Assembly: GCA_021613535.1 (NCBI GenBank)
Contig: CP075493.1
Span: 12,648,001-12,712,000, forward strand
From: Adineta vaga
Lineage: Eukaryota > Animalia > Rotifera
Direction: 5' to 3'
DNA length: 64,000 nt
A model generated the notes under the pieces. It was given only the letters and a program-made list of their open reading frames with translations, had not been told where the DNA came from and searched no databases. The position numbers were made by a program, and so were the translations under genes. Shown here one piece after another: positions 26,414 through 37,407 of the stretch (position 1 is its first letter; the number at the start of each line of letters is the position of its first letter).

Positions 26414-26935
26414 ATTATTCAAACAAGAGCACATCATTTTACTAAATAATAAAATTCTTTTAAAAATATTTCATTTGACTTGTTTGAATCTATGTACATC
26501 ATATAAAATACTTCAACTAAAGTTAAATCTATAGCTGTTACATCAATTAAATTGTTTTTTAGAATAAATATAAAAGATTGAAGAATAAATTAATCAAACA
26601 TTATTTTAAAATATATCTAATATCGTGTATGACGTAGGGATCCATAAGATGAATAATTTGTATCAGTCCATATCTGAACAAGTGATCTCGATCTAGAAAG
26701 AAACAAAGGATAAATTATATTATTATTATATAAGAAGAACAAGAGAACAAAATGTTGAATATATATTTAATAACAGAGAACTAGTTTATCATTCGTCACT
26801 CAATAGAAATCTAAAGATACTAATAAAATAAAATTGAAAAAGAAAAGAATATTATTATTGATAAAGTAAGGCAAAGTTAGATTTTTTCAAATAAAAAGTC
26901 TTTCTTTTGATTATCTTTACGAGAATATAATATTG

Positions 26936-27007
26936 TCCGCGGTAGTATAGTGGTGAGTATCCCCGCCTGTCACGCGGGAAACCGGGGTTCGATTCCCCGC
27001 CGCGGAG
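26936..27007 (+). tRNA. tRNA-Asp (GTC)
   Basis: 72-nt cloverleaf TCCGCGG...CCGCGGA-G with anticodon loop CTGTCAC and GTTCGATTC T-loop, followed by an oligo-T Pol III terminator. Confidence 0.97.
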
Positions 27008-27132
27008 TAATTCTTTTTTTTTCTTTTTCTTATTATTTTTAGAAAACGAAATGAGACGTTATTTAATTTAGAGTAAATGTTTTTCATTTCTCAATGATTA
27101 GATTAAATTAGTTAATGAGAAGGTCATTGATC

Positions 27133-27204
27133 AGCAGCGTGGCGCAGTGGAAGCGTGCTGGGCTCATAACTCAGAGGTCGGTAGATCGAAACTACTCGCT
27201 GCTA
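27133..27204 (+). tRNA. Initiator tRNA-Met (CAT)
   Basis: AGCAGCG...CGCTGCT-A with A1:U72, eukaryotic initiator T-loop GATCGAAA and anticodon CAT, followed by a T-rich terminator. Confidence 0.95.
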
Positions 27205-27787
27205 TTTACTTTTTCTTTTCTTTTCTCTTAGAAGGAAGCAAGAGCAAATAATTCTAGTTTCATAGTTTTGCATCATAAGAACAATATGTAGAAGTTTGTT
27301 TTTGTTAAATTAGTTTGAAAATTGATTCAAAATCGATGTTCACTACTTCTACAAATAAAATTTGATACCAAAATCTTTTTTCTTTTTATTTGAGTTTCAA
27401 TCTCGTATTTCTTTTGTTGAATTTTGTCGATAGTTTGTAGAAAAATATTTTTTCAATTCAGAGTTTTATTACAGTTTGATTTTATGTATGAAGATTGTTA
27501 CAAAGCTTAGAAAATTGTGAATTTGAAATAGCATTTAAAAAACTGTGCGATTATGGATACAACGTACTTTACCTTTGAAGTGTTGTTAACATGTAGTTTC
27601 AATAGCAAACATAATAAAACACGAGATCTTTTCAATCAGAATATCAATATTAGAAATAAAAAAGTAAAAGGAAAATAAATATAAATACAATTCTTAAACA
27701 AACAATTTTATTCTTGTTCAATTAATATAAAGAAGAATAAATCTAAAAAATCCAACATCATCGTCAAAGTCAAACTCTAGATAATTC

Positions 27788-27841
27788 TTGAAGGTGTGGA
27801 TGTGACTGATGATCTTCTTCTGCCTTTAACCCACATCCTCA
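27788..27841. repeat. Telomere-like hairpin element
   Basis: TTGAAGGTGTGGATGTGA..TCTTCTTC..ACCCACATCCTCA. Confidence 0.7.
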
Positions 27842-28243
27842 TATTAGTTTGAATTTAGATTAATCTGTAAGAATTTTAAAAAGTATTGTTTGCTACTGAG
27901 CGCAATGAAACTCTTTCTGAGTAATTACATGTTGTCAAACTTTATTCTGACAAAATATTATTGAATGAATAGACGATGAAAAGATGTACGAATAAATCAT
28001 ACTGCAATATTTTAATAACTGAACTGATGTCTTTTCGATCATTTTATTTTCGTCATTTTTTACGTGTCGTTTATCATATCGATAGATAAAAAAAAAGATT
28101 TTCCAACTATTTGACTAATAATTGTAAAAACCTACTTCTTAAATAAATCATTCTTTTCTTATCATTAGTGATAAAAACAGGACTCTTCTTCGTTTCTCAT
28201 TCACCACATAGTTATTCTCCATTTACTTAGCTGACTTGTTTCT

Positions 28244-29026
28244 TTGTTTTCAAGCAGCAAAATATTGTCTTGTGGTGAGACGGGTAATCATCAAGGATGT
28301 CCTTTAATGAAAGTCATCGAAGCCTATATGGGTCCTATTTTTCCTGCTGGGTTCTCAGATGGAGATCATCCAACGGTTGGTCTCATCCTTCTCCGAAATA
28401 CAGGTATAGGCAAATCATTTCTTGCCAATATTTTAATCGGCATAGATACCTTTGAACATCGATGTGGTACAAACAGTGTCACTCACGAAACATGTTGGGA
28501 TAGCTTCCTCGCTTTTGGACGAGTTTATATGGTCTTCAACGTATCCGGACTGATTGAGTGTGACCAAGCAGCGATCGAGCGCAATAAAATTCAAATTCAA
28601 AGAGCATTTGAAAAACGCCCTGATTCTTTCGTTGCATCCATCTTCGCTAATGGCGTCGGTGGACGTCTACGTGACGAAGATCTTGTTGCTTTCAACGCTC
28701 TTACCGATGTCTATCATTTTCGTCCTCAGTCATTGTTATTCATCATCAACGATCTTCCATCGAATCATTCCTCTTACTACGAAGGCGAAGCAACTGCTCG
28801 GCTGAATCATCTTTTAGGGATGAGAGCGGTGAAGATATCTTTCGTTGATCGTATAGATACGAAGAGTTGGTTGCAAAGAGGACAGTTACGCATGAAACAG
28901 CTCCAAGAGGAGATAAGTAGAAAACAAGACGCTTTCGAGGCAAAAAATCGTGAACTGCAAGCACTGCAAACGACAACAAGAAATGAGAAGACATGGTATT
29001 TGCGTCATTCTCTAATTTCAAGTTAA
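28244..29026 (+). CDS. AIG1/G-domain-like P-loop GTPase with C-terminal coiled coil, possibly degenerate
   Basis: LLRNTGIGKS (G1 with Gly-to-Arg), SVT (G2), FNVSGL (G3-like), FIIN (G4), and a coiled-coil tail. Confidence 0.6.
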   Translation: MFSSSKILSCGETGNHQGCPLMKVIEAYMGPIFPAGFSDGDHPTVGLILLRNTGIGKSFLANILIGIDTFEHRCGTNSVTHETCWDSFLAFGRVYMVFNVSGLIECDQAAIERNKIQIQRAFEKRPDSFVASIFANGVGGRLRDEDLVAFNALTDVYHFRPQSLLFIINDLPSNHSSYYEGEATARLNHLLGMRAVKISFVDRIDTKSWLQRGQLRMKQLQEEISRKQDAFEAKNRELQALQTTTRNEKTWYLRHSLISS

Positions 29027-29195
29027 CCAAGAAATTATTTTAATGTCGAGACAATGCTTCGGGATTTTTTTTCTCTTCCTAATGATGAAACAAATAAAAA
29101 GCTCAATTTCTGATCTCTAATAGAATGATTTTGTCGCCAGGGTCAAATATTCCGCATTTTGGAGACGCACCCACACCCACCCCATATCTACTTTT

Positions 29196-30333
29196 TTGTC
29201 ACTGGAACAGCTCATTACATCTTTTTCGGGTCTCAATTCTTACATCAATGCATTAATTCGATATAATGATATCAATATTCTACGATCATTTCCTACTGTA
29301 ATTGATCGCCTGAAAATTACAAATGATAAACTAGTTGATTTAACACAATTAACCGATTTGCATAGACTTACATTGGAATACGGTACTCAGACACAGTTCA
29401 ATAGTAGTATTCGTTCGCAATTTTTGCCCATACTTGAAATTCTTCATATTCAAGGTAATAAACTACAATAAAAAAAAGTAATAACTTTAATCTTATCTTA
29501 TACGTAGGAGTTCATACGACTTCACGTGAAGATGCAGAAACAATAAGTAATTTATTCAAAATTGTTTTATCTAATGGTTTTCCACGACTTCGAACATGTA
29601 TAGCATTAGATATTGGAACTTTTACATATAATGAAACATGGATAGAAACACCAAACCTTCGTACTCTTAATCTGGCAATAGCGACAAACGAAGATAGGGA
29701 AAAACTTCAAACAAAATTTTCATATATACATCAAATCATACATTACGAACATTCATTATCCAATCCAGGTATGAGTCTTCTAATCTCCTATAAAATCACC
29801 AAAATGAATATCATATAAGTATAAAAATATTGAATTTTGTTTCATTGTTTTTCTTGCAGATAATCCTCACAATCGAAGTCGCCGTTTTCGTTCAGAATAT
29901 CAAAAACTTCAAGCATTAGAATTGGAAAATAAGTTCATACTTGATGTTTCTCCTACAAAGCAGTATTTCGATGGTTATAATCCACCACCTCTTTTTAAAA
30001 ACTCAAAAATCACTCAACGACCTACTTACCCAGATAACACAATCATCTTAGGTCGCATTACCGCAAGAATTTCCATTTAGACCTCCCAAAATAACATGTT
30101 TGGATCGTCTCTACCATCCATAAGTTGAAACGTCAGGCAAATTATGTGGCTGCAGAGCCGGTTTTCGTTATGAAGAAGTTTTCACACCATCAAAAACACT
30201 GCGGAGTATAATTGAAACTATTATTGAAATAATTGATGGTCCTTATACAGATGAGTCATCTCACAATTTCGAATGTCATCAAGAATATTGCAATGACTAT
30301 CCAACATTCTGTAAGAAAGCATATTCGAAATGA
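29196..30333 (+). pseudogene. F-box/LRR-like region fused to a UBC (E2)-like domain, disrupted
   Basis: SLEQLITSFSGLNSYINAL (second half of an F-box), LRR-like exons, then RRFRSEY...ILGRI / LPQEFPFRPPKI...LYHP*VETSGKLC...TLRSIIETII. Introns at ~29455-29507 and ~29769-29859. Confidence 0.7.
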
Positions 30334-30774
30334 ATTAAAAAATTATATTTTTATTCGTTTTCTCTTTAATAAAAAAAAGTTAAAATCACGTTGAACTTTT
30401 AAGGTTGTATAATTATGGAACCTATTTTGATACTATTCCTTGTATTGCTAATTATGAATCTTTACATTGCAAAATGTTTTGAATATAAAATCGAAACTGA
30501 TCATCAGTCCTATTGCACTATTCATCTTATCGATGTCCATGCTTGTTTATTACAACATTGCCTGGATGCGTGAAAATTTTACAGAATTTATGGTTTATTT
30601 CTTTTCTTAGCAACGACAAACAAATTAATAATCAATTATTCAATGAATCTAATAACAGAAATTGTTTATTTGACGATATACAGGTGCCTTCTCTATGCTT
30701 TATTACATGGAAAGCAAGTAAGAATGTAAATATTATCTCTAATTTTCATTTTGATGCGAATTATGCAAAGCATT

Positions 30775-31280
30775 TTATTGTTTTAACGTGTTCTTTGACG
30801 CAAATGCCTGATCCATTCTTATCATCGTCGGTTGTGACACAACTACATCTAGAATAATAATAGAAATACTAAATAATATATAACACTTATTGTTGAAAGT
30901 ATACACACTTGAAGATGAATTCAAACGAAAATCAAGTTCACGTGCTTCTTGACATATAGCACACGAAGAACAAAATGTTGTTACCAAACAATCATCACAA
31001 TCTTCTTGAAGATCAAACCGTTCACGTAAAGCTTTTCGTTTAGTCATATGTACTAGACAGCAAAAGCTATGTTCTGATAATAACCAATATATAAAGCATG
31101 AACCAAAACAACTACTTCCATCGATACGTTCAGCATTTTGACCGTAGAGGCACAATGAACAAAAGCAACCATAAAGACAAATACTACCATCATTAAAACA
31201 ATCGAAAAGACCACCTAATGAATTTTTTATTATATATTGATTGAATTCAATTCAATTAACTTACTACTCCATTGGTTCAT
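30775..31280 (-). CDS. PLAC8/cornifelin family Cys-rich protein, 3 exons
   Basis: MNQWSS|GLFDCFNDGSICLYGCFCSLCLYGQNA...RKALRERF....DDCLVTTFCSSCAICQEAREL. Confidence 0.9.
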
Positions 31281-31669
31281 CTTTCGACTTGTTTAATAAA
31301 CAAAAGTAAAATATTACTTTGAGTTGAAGTTAATAGTAATATGATTATTGTAACGTAAATAATTTCAATTCATACGAAGTACATTACACGTCCTACTTTC
31401 TTTCACACTGCTCACGCTCTGTCTTTCCTTTTACAATTCTTCTTCCTTCTATACATCGGTCAACTTCAGATGAAAGGGAAATTAAGTAGAGGATAGAGGA
31501 AAAAGACAGAGTCAATATGATACACACACGTACAAATTTATACGTTAATCAATACAATGACGTCCGTCATTCGATCGATTGTTTGACTTTTTCTCTCCAT
31601 TAAATGTTTACACATGTATTGAGAGAAAATTGAGTATAGCTCAAACTATTAAAAGGTTATGGTATTAAT

Positions 31670-32620
31670 AAAGGGACATACGTCATCCCGTAAGATGCAG
31701 ATTATCAATGATGTATAAATAGAAAAATTCTAGTTGAATTCGTTTTCGAGATCAAGATCATATTCGATTATAATCGAACATTTTTCAAGTTCTGATGCCT
31801 GAATTTTTAATAGATTAATTAAAGATCTGTAAGAGGTTCTTAATGACGATATACTTCGTGCTATAGCTGAAATAATTTCAATACTTCCCAAAGGAAAACG
31901 CAAGTTAAATTATTCAATTTCATAATGAATATTCGAAAGTATTTGTTAAACATAGTGGATAAGACGGTATAGTATAAATGTGAATAGCTCATTTTGATAA
32001 TGCATATTCAACACATCATTTATGTTGTTGATGCCAAAAATCATGTTGAAATCACAGAAATCTCTGTCCAAATATCATCATCGACTTTTTCAAGAAAAGA
32101 AACAGAAAATTTGAATTTAAAAACGTTTAGCAAAGATAATGAAAAACGTAATTAATCGTTCCCAACAATCACCATCAATGATATATTCATCTCTATCGAT
32201 ACCATGTGATATTATTAAATTTTTTAAATTTGGCATTTTCTTCAGCATTACTTCGAGAGATTCAAATCGACTGATAAATTTAGAGAGATCGAGTAATATT
32301 CAAATATATTTTCAACTTTGAATACAGTACGCTTTGCACACAATGGTTATCAATGGCAAAGTCTCACTTCTCAGTATCTATCTAAACTCGAAGAGTTTGA
32401 TTTTCTAATTCATTACATTACCACTTGTTTTAAAGATCAAATATTCAACCATTGTATTTTTCCAAGTCGAATTCTTCTATATTGACACTTTTCAAAAGAT
32501 AATCATTAAAATCAATTATATCCAATAGATGAATTCTCAATATCAACGCCGTTTATCACAATAACTGAATGAAGATGAAAGAATAGAAGTTCTTAGTTAT
32601 ATTTTACACAAGAAAATATT
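31670..32620 (-). pseudogene. Decayed F-box/LRR-family gene
   Basis: Residual motifs LEVMLKKMPNLKNL and IIDGDCWERLI among many stops and frameshifts. Confidence 0.55.
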
Positions 32621-32905
32621 TAATTTACTAGTAATTAAATACAAATATAGACTCTAATATAAACTTACAAACTGCACTTTTCTTCTGTTGATTATAATGG
32701 AGCTTTTTTCCATTTAATTTACGCATCGTATCATACATATTCATCAAGAACGACCGAAATAGTCCATCCCGCTGAATGGTATGTCAGATTTGATCTTTAA
32801 AAAACGTATAAAAATGATCTAATAAATAAACTCATTTCATTTTATCTACGACTTACACAACTTTATTTTTATGTCTAATTATGATGAGAGTACATTTTTA
32901 TTAAT

Positions 32906-33846
32906 ATGAAATTGTTTTACGATGTTCTACAATTGGTTCTGTATACTGGTTATTTCTTGCTTTTCGCAGGTATCATTGGTAATGGTATCAATATTTTAGT
33001 CTTTTCAAAAGTGCGTAGTTATCGTGCTAGTCCCTGTGCATTCTATTTTCTTATTGGTTCAATCGATAATATTCTATACATATCACTCAATTTAACAATT
33101 CGTATTCTAAGTATAGGTTACAATATTGATACTATGGATACATCAAATGCGTGGTGTAAGATACGACAATATTTTCTAGTTATACCTGCGATAATATCTG
33201 TAACTTGTTCATGTTTAGCTACAATTGATCAATTTTTGATTACATCGAAAAGTGTCTTTCTTCGACGTTATAGTCAAATTAAATGGGCTCATCGAATTGC
33301 ATTTATTGTTATCGTTATTTGGTTTCTCCATGGAATTCCTTTTCTTCTATTTTATAAAATATCATCAATTACTAATACTTGCGTAAATACAAATGCTGCT
33401 TATCAAATTTATGCATTAATATATCTAATTGGTATTATTTCTTTAATACCCACTGTAATAATGATTATATTTGGATGGTTAACTTACCATAATATTCATC
33501 AAAGAATAAATCTTGCTGAATTACAAATTGATCGTCAATTAATAAAAATGAGTTTAATCCATATTGTACTTGTTAAAATTAGTTTACTTCCATACGGTAT
33601 TTACAATGCTTATAGTTTAATTACTAAAAATTTTGTCAAAAATATTGATGAACAGTTGAAAGAATATTTAGCTTCTTCGGTTTTTACAATGGCAACATAT
33701 TTATATTATACTGTATGTTATTTAATTAATATAATTGATGGTTTTATATTTGACTTTTTTTGTTTTAGGGAAGTTGTTATACATTTTTGATATCATCGAA
33801 ACGATTTCGACAAAAAGTGAAAGAACTATTATTTTTCTGTCGATAA
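32906..33846 (+). CDS. Orphan class A GPCR, 2 exons
   Basis: GIIGNGINILVF, PCAFY, WCKIRQY, CLATIDQF, and a last exon GSCYTFLISSKRFRQ after an intron at ~33713-33768. Confidence 0.8.
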
Positions 33847-34558
33847 CAAAACCAAATATTTCCCGTTTAAGTATAGACTATGTGTTTCATGTCCATTGAA
33901 ATTATGAATTATTTATCTTATGAGCATTATCAGTTTTTAAATATATATGAAATGTAATTCTAGCGGAAGATTTGCAAATTATGTCAGATTATAATTGGAT
34001 TTTGTTGAAAAATGGATGATGAAATTTTTATAAATATCCATAATAGCATTTCAATAAGAAATTTCTGGTGTCCGTCCGTTTACTTCGTAACTTTGGAAAG
34101 ATTCTAATTGCAAGTATAATCTAACATAATCTGATCGAGGTTGACACTTTTCAGTAAGATGAAAATTTTAATACTTTATTTGTTTCAAAGAAGATCATAA
34201 GCGAAATGTATTTATATCAGAACTACAATTAAAAAAATAACTAAAAGGAACTTATTCTCTATAGAATCCATGAAATAACGATTTTTATCGTGACAAATCA
34301 CGGTTATTTATTTCTAGATCTTTTTATTTCTCATATTTGTTCTTTCAAATTCATTAGTATGACATGGTTATATGATGCTCAACAGTTTACACTATATTTT
34401 TCTTTGACATCAACATTTATATTTGCATTCATTCATTCAATGGTTATACTATAGCTCTTATTTATTTGTAAACGTGTATATCGAAACAAACTACAGGTAT
34501 TAGTATTATCAAAAGTGAATGGCCAATAAAAGAAAACATAAATAGTAAAGATAAAGTG

Positions 34559-35038
34559 TTATGCTTCATAGGAATGAAGTTGTTCATGCACAACTTTTCG
34601 TACGATTTCTTGTTCGAGTTGACTCATCGTATTTATATTATCCGTATAATAACCAGTAGTATTTTGTGAATAACTATTGAATCCAAGTGATCCATCGACT
34701 TTTTGAGAGAATCCAGATACACAACGAAATCGTTTTGAATCACCATAGATTCGATAGTACCATCGTAATAATTGATCATGTTGTGTACCACCATTTCGTT
34801 GATAATCGTAACAATTTTCACAAACAAGTAATACAATGTTTTTATAATCGGTATCAAATGGATATAGTACTAGACCTGTTTTCCTTCCGGGACATTTACA
34901 ATTATGTGATGACCAACCATAACGATTTGAAATAGGATATCGTGTTCCATTTCTATGAGTTACTGTCAAATTACCATTATTTTCACGATTAATACGAACC
35001 ATATAGAGTGGATCTTCTTCTTCAAAGTGATTCATCAT
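34559..35038 (-). CDS. Uncharacterised Cys/His-containing protein
   Basis: Intact 159-aa ORF with HNCKC and CENC motifs. A paralogous pseudogene at 1917-2643 supports coding status. Confidence 0.75.
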   Translation of the reverse strand: MMNHFEEEDPLYMVRINRENNGNLTVTHRNGTRYPISNRYGWSSHNCKCPGRKTGLVLYPFDTDYKNIVLLVCENCYDYQRNGGTQHDQLLRWYYRIYGDSKRFRCVSGFSQKVDGSLGFNSYSQNTTGYYTDNINTMSQLEQEIVRKVVHEQLHSYEA

Positions 35039-35530
35039 TGATCAAGTTTTATTTGTCTATGAAATAAACAGAATATAACTGTTTCGTATTAAGCGTTCTT
35101 AAACAGTTAGAGACAAAATCTCGTAATTTTTTTTCAAAATTAACTGGAAATGTGAAGTCAATACATATGGGTCAATTTTACTTACCCTTGAATAATATCC
35201 AAATGTGAATAATAAAATGAGAAAAGTATCGCCTTTTATCCTCTTTAATCTACTTTAGTGATTACTGATGCATAAATTGTTTACTTTTGAAATTATTCAA
35301 AATCAAAGGATGAGTCAACATCGAAATGAATCAAAACGACATACATTGTAGGTGTGATGTATCTTAGTCAATGTGTATGCAGAGGTGTTATATCTACAGT
35401 CAATACAGGAAAAGACAAAACAATAAGATACATATTACTCATCTTGTATTATCGGCAACATACTACATTAAAAAAAAATTATTCATAGTTATGAATCAGC
35501 GTGGGGGAACTAAGAATAATGCTGTATTCA

Positions 35531-36025
35531 TTAACGAAGCGAACGAACTAGAAAAATGGTTTCTTCAAGTGGAGTGTCATAGTATGCTTTCGTTTCTACA
35601 AATCCAAGTTTTTTGTACAATCCGATAGCAGCTTCCATGTTTGGCAATGTATCTAATTTAATCTCGTGATACCCTAAAGTACGCGCTGTATCAAGAATAG
35701 CCTTCACTAAAGCTTTACCAACACCAAAACCACGTGCTTTAGGCAATATATAGAGACGCTTCATTTCACAGCATCGAGATCCCGATGAACCAAGCGTACG
35801 CAGACCTACACAACCTATTGGTTCACCTTGTAAATCGCGGGCTAGCAGCAGTTCACCAGTTGGAGGAATATATTTTCCAGGCATAGTAGCCATCTCATTT
35901 TCGAAGTTTTGAAACGCTAGGTTGATACCAAGAGATTCTGCGTAACTACGAAAGAGATTCACTGTAGCCTCCAGATCTTCAATGCTACGAACTGGAACTA
36001 TGTTGAACAATGAATTGTTGCTCAT
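35531..36025 (-). CDS. GNAT N-acetyltransferase, microbial type, intronless
   Basis: YAESLGINLAFQNFENEMATMPGKY, CEMKRLY..P.ARG.GVGKAL, LDTLPNMEAAIGLYKKLGF. Confidence 0.9.
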   Translation of the reverse strand: MSNNSLFNIVPVRSIEDLEATVNLFRSYAESLGINLAFQNFENEMATMPGKYIPPTGELLLARDLQGEPIGCVGLRTLGSSGSRCCEMKRLYILPKARGFGVGKALVKAILDTARTLGYHEIKLDTLPNMEAAIGLYKKLGFVETKAYYDTPLEETIFLVRSLR

Positions 36026-36411
36026 CTTGTCGATCAATGAATTGATAATCGTTTTGTTTTCGTGATTGTGTACGAGAGAAGAGATGATGAATTGTAGTAA
36101 CTTTTTTTCCACATGTGCTCTAAGATAAGATTTTCACATAAAAAATGTAAAGGTGAGTTAGACTACCATTATCATGAATTCATTTTTTCAAGCTGGAAGA
36201 ACTTAAAGAAAAAGAACAAAATTCTTGTTTGTTCTTAAAGTTCGCACTTTAAGTTCGCACTTTAAGTTTATTGGTTCGTTCTTATCGCTCTGCAGATTAT
36301 AAATACCTATGAAAAAAATTTGTTTTCATTGGAATCGAATACAATGTGAGAGAGTTAAATGTACGTTTATTTTAGATATATATTTCATTTATCATTTAAA
36401 AAATAGTATAC

Positions 36412-37179
36412 ATGTCTTCTTCATTTAATGGAAAAGTCGTGATTGTTACAGGATCGGCCAGTGGACTAGGGAAAGTAATTAGTCAACATCTTCTTATCGC
36501 TGGTGCACACGTTGTTTTATGTGATGTCAATGAAGCAGCTCTAGAAGCAGCATACAATGAGCTAAAAGAACATGGGACATGTACAGCTATAAAAACGGAT
36601 GTCTCGTCATCTTCATCAATACAGGAACTCTTCGAGAAAACAATTGCTCACTTCGGAAAAGTCGACATTCTCGTTAATAATGCAGGCATCATGGATAAAC
36701 TTGATGGTGCAGCCGATTGTGAAGAAGATTTATGGAATCGAGTATTAGCAATCAATCTGACCGGTCCATATCTAACTACGAAACTCGCAATTAAACATTT
36801 TCTGGCACGAAATAGTCCAGGTGTCATTGTGAATATTTGTTCTTTGGGAGGCATTTTAGGTCATCGAGCAGGAGCAGCATATACAGCAAGTAAACATGGT
36901 TTAGTTGGATTGACAAAAAATACCGCTGCAGCCTATGGTAACAATCAAATTCGTTGCAATGGTATTTGTCCTGGTGCAATGGAAACGAATATATCTGTTG
37001 CATTAGCAAATGGATTTCATCAACAGGGTATGGCAATTCTTCAGAAGGCCTTAGCTACCAATCCTGGCTTATGTAATCTTGATGAAATGGCAAAGCTTGT
37101 AGTGTTTCTTTGTAGTCAAGACTCAAATGTGTTAAATGGTGCTATCATCAACGCTGATATGGGATGGAGTGCTGTTTAA
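36412..37179 (+). CDS. Classical short-chain dehydrogenase/reductase, intronless
   Basis: TGSASGLG, NNAG, catalytic YTASK, ICPG, INADMGW. Confidence 0.93.
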   Translation: MSSSFNGKVVIVTGSASGLGKVISQHLLIAGAHVVLCDVNEAALEAAYNELKEHGTCTAIKTDVSSSSSIQELFEKTIAHFGKVDILVNNAGIMDKLDGAADCEEDLWNRVLAINLTGPYLTTKLAIKHFLARNSPGVIVNICSLGGILGHRAGAAYTASKHGLVGLTKNTAAAYGNNQIRCNGICPGAMETNISVALANGFHQQGMAILQKALATNPGLCNLDEMAKLVVFLCSQDSNVLNGAIINADMGWSAV

Positions 37180-37407
37180 AACTAAAAATATTTCAGAATA
37201 AGAAGGATTCTGTGAATGGCGGATGAATATTATATAGAACTTTATTAAAGAATAATAGCTTAATGAAAATGAAACATGTCTGAAAACTCGAAAGCTTCTA
37301 CAAAAAATTGTTAAGTAAATACTAGATATAATTAAATCAATGATATTCGATTATATTTCTAAGTTTGATCAAAAATAAAAAAATTCTTAGAGTAAATCAT
37401 GTTTATA

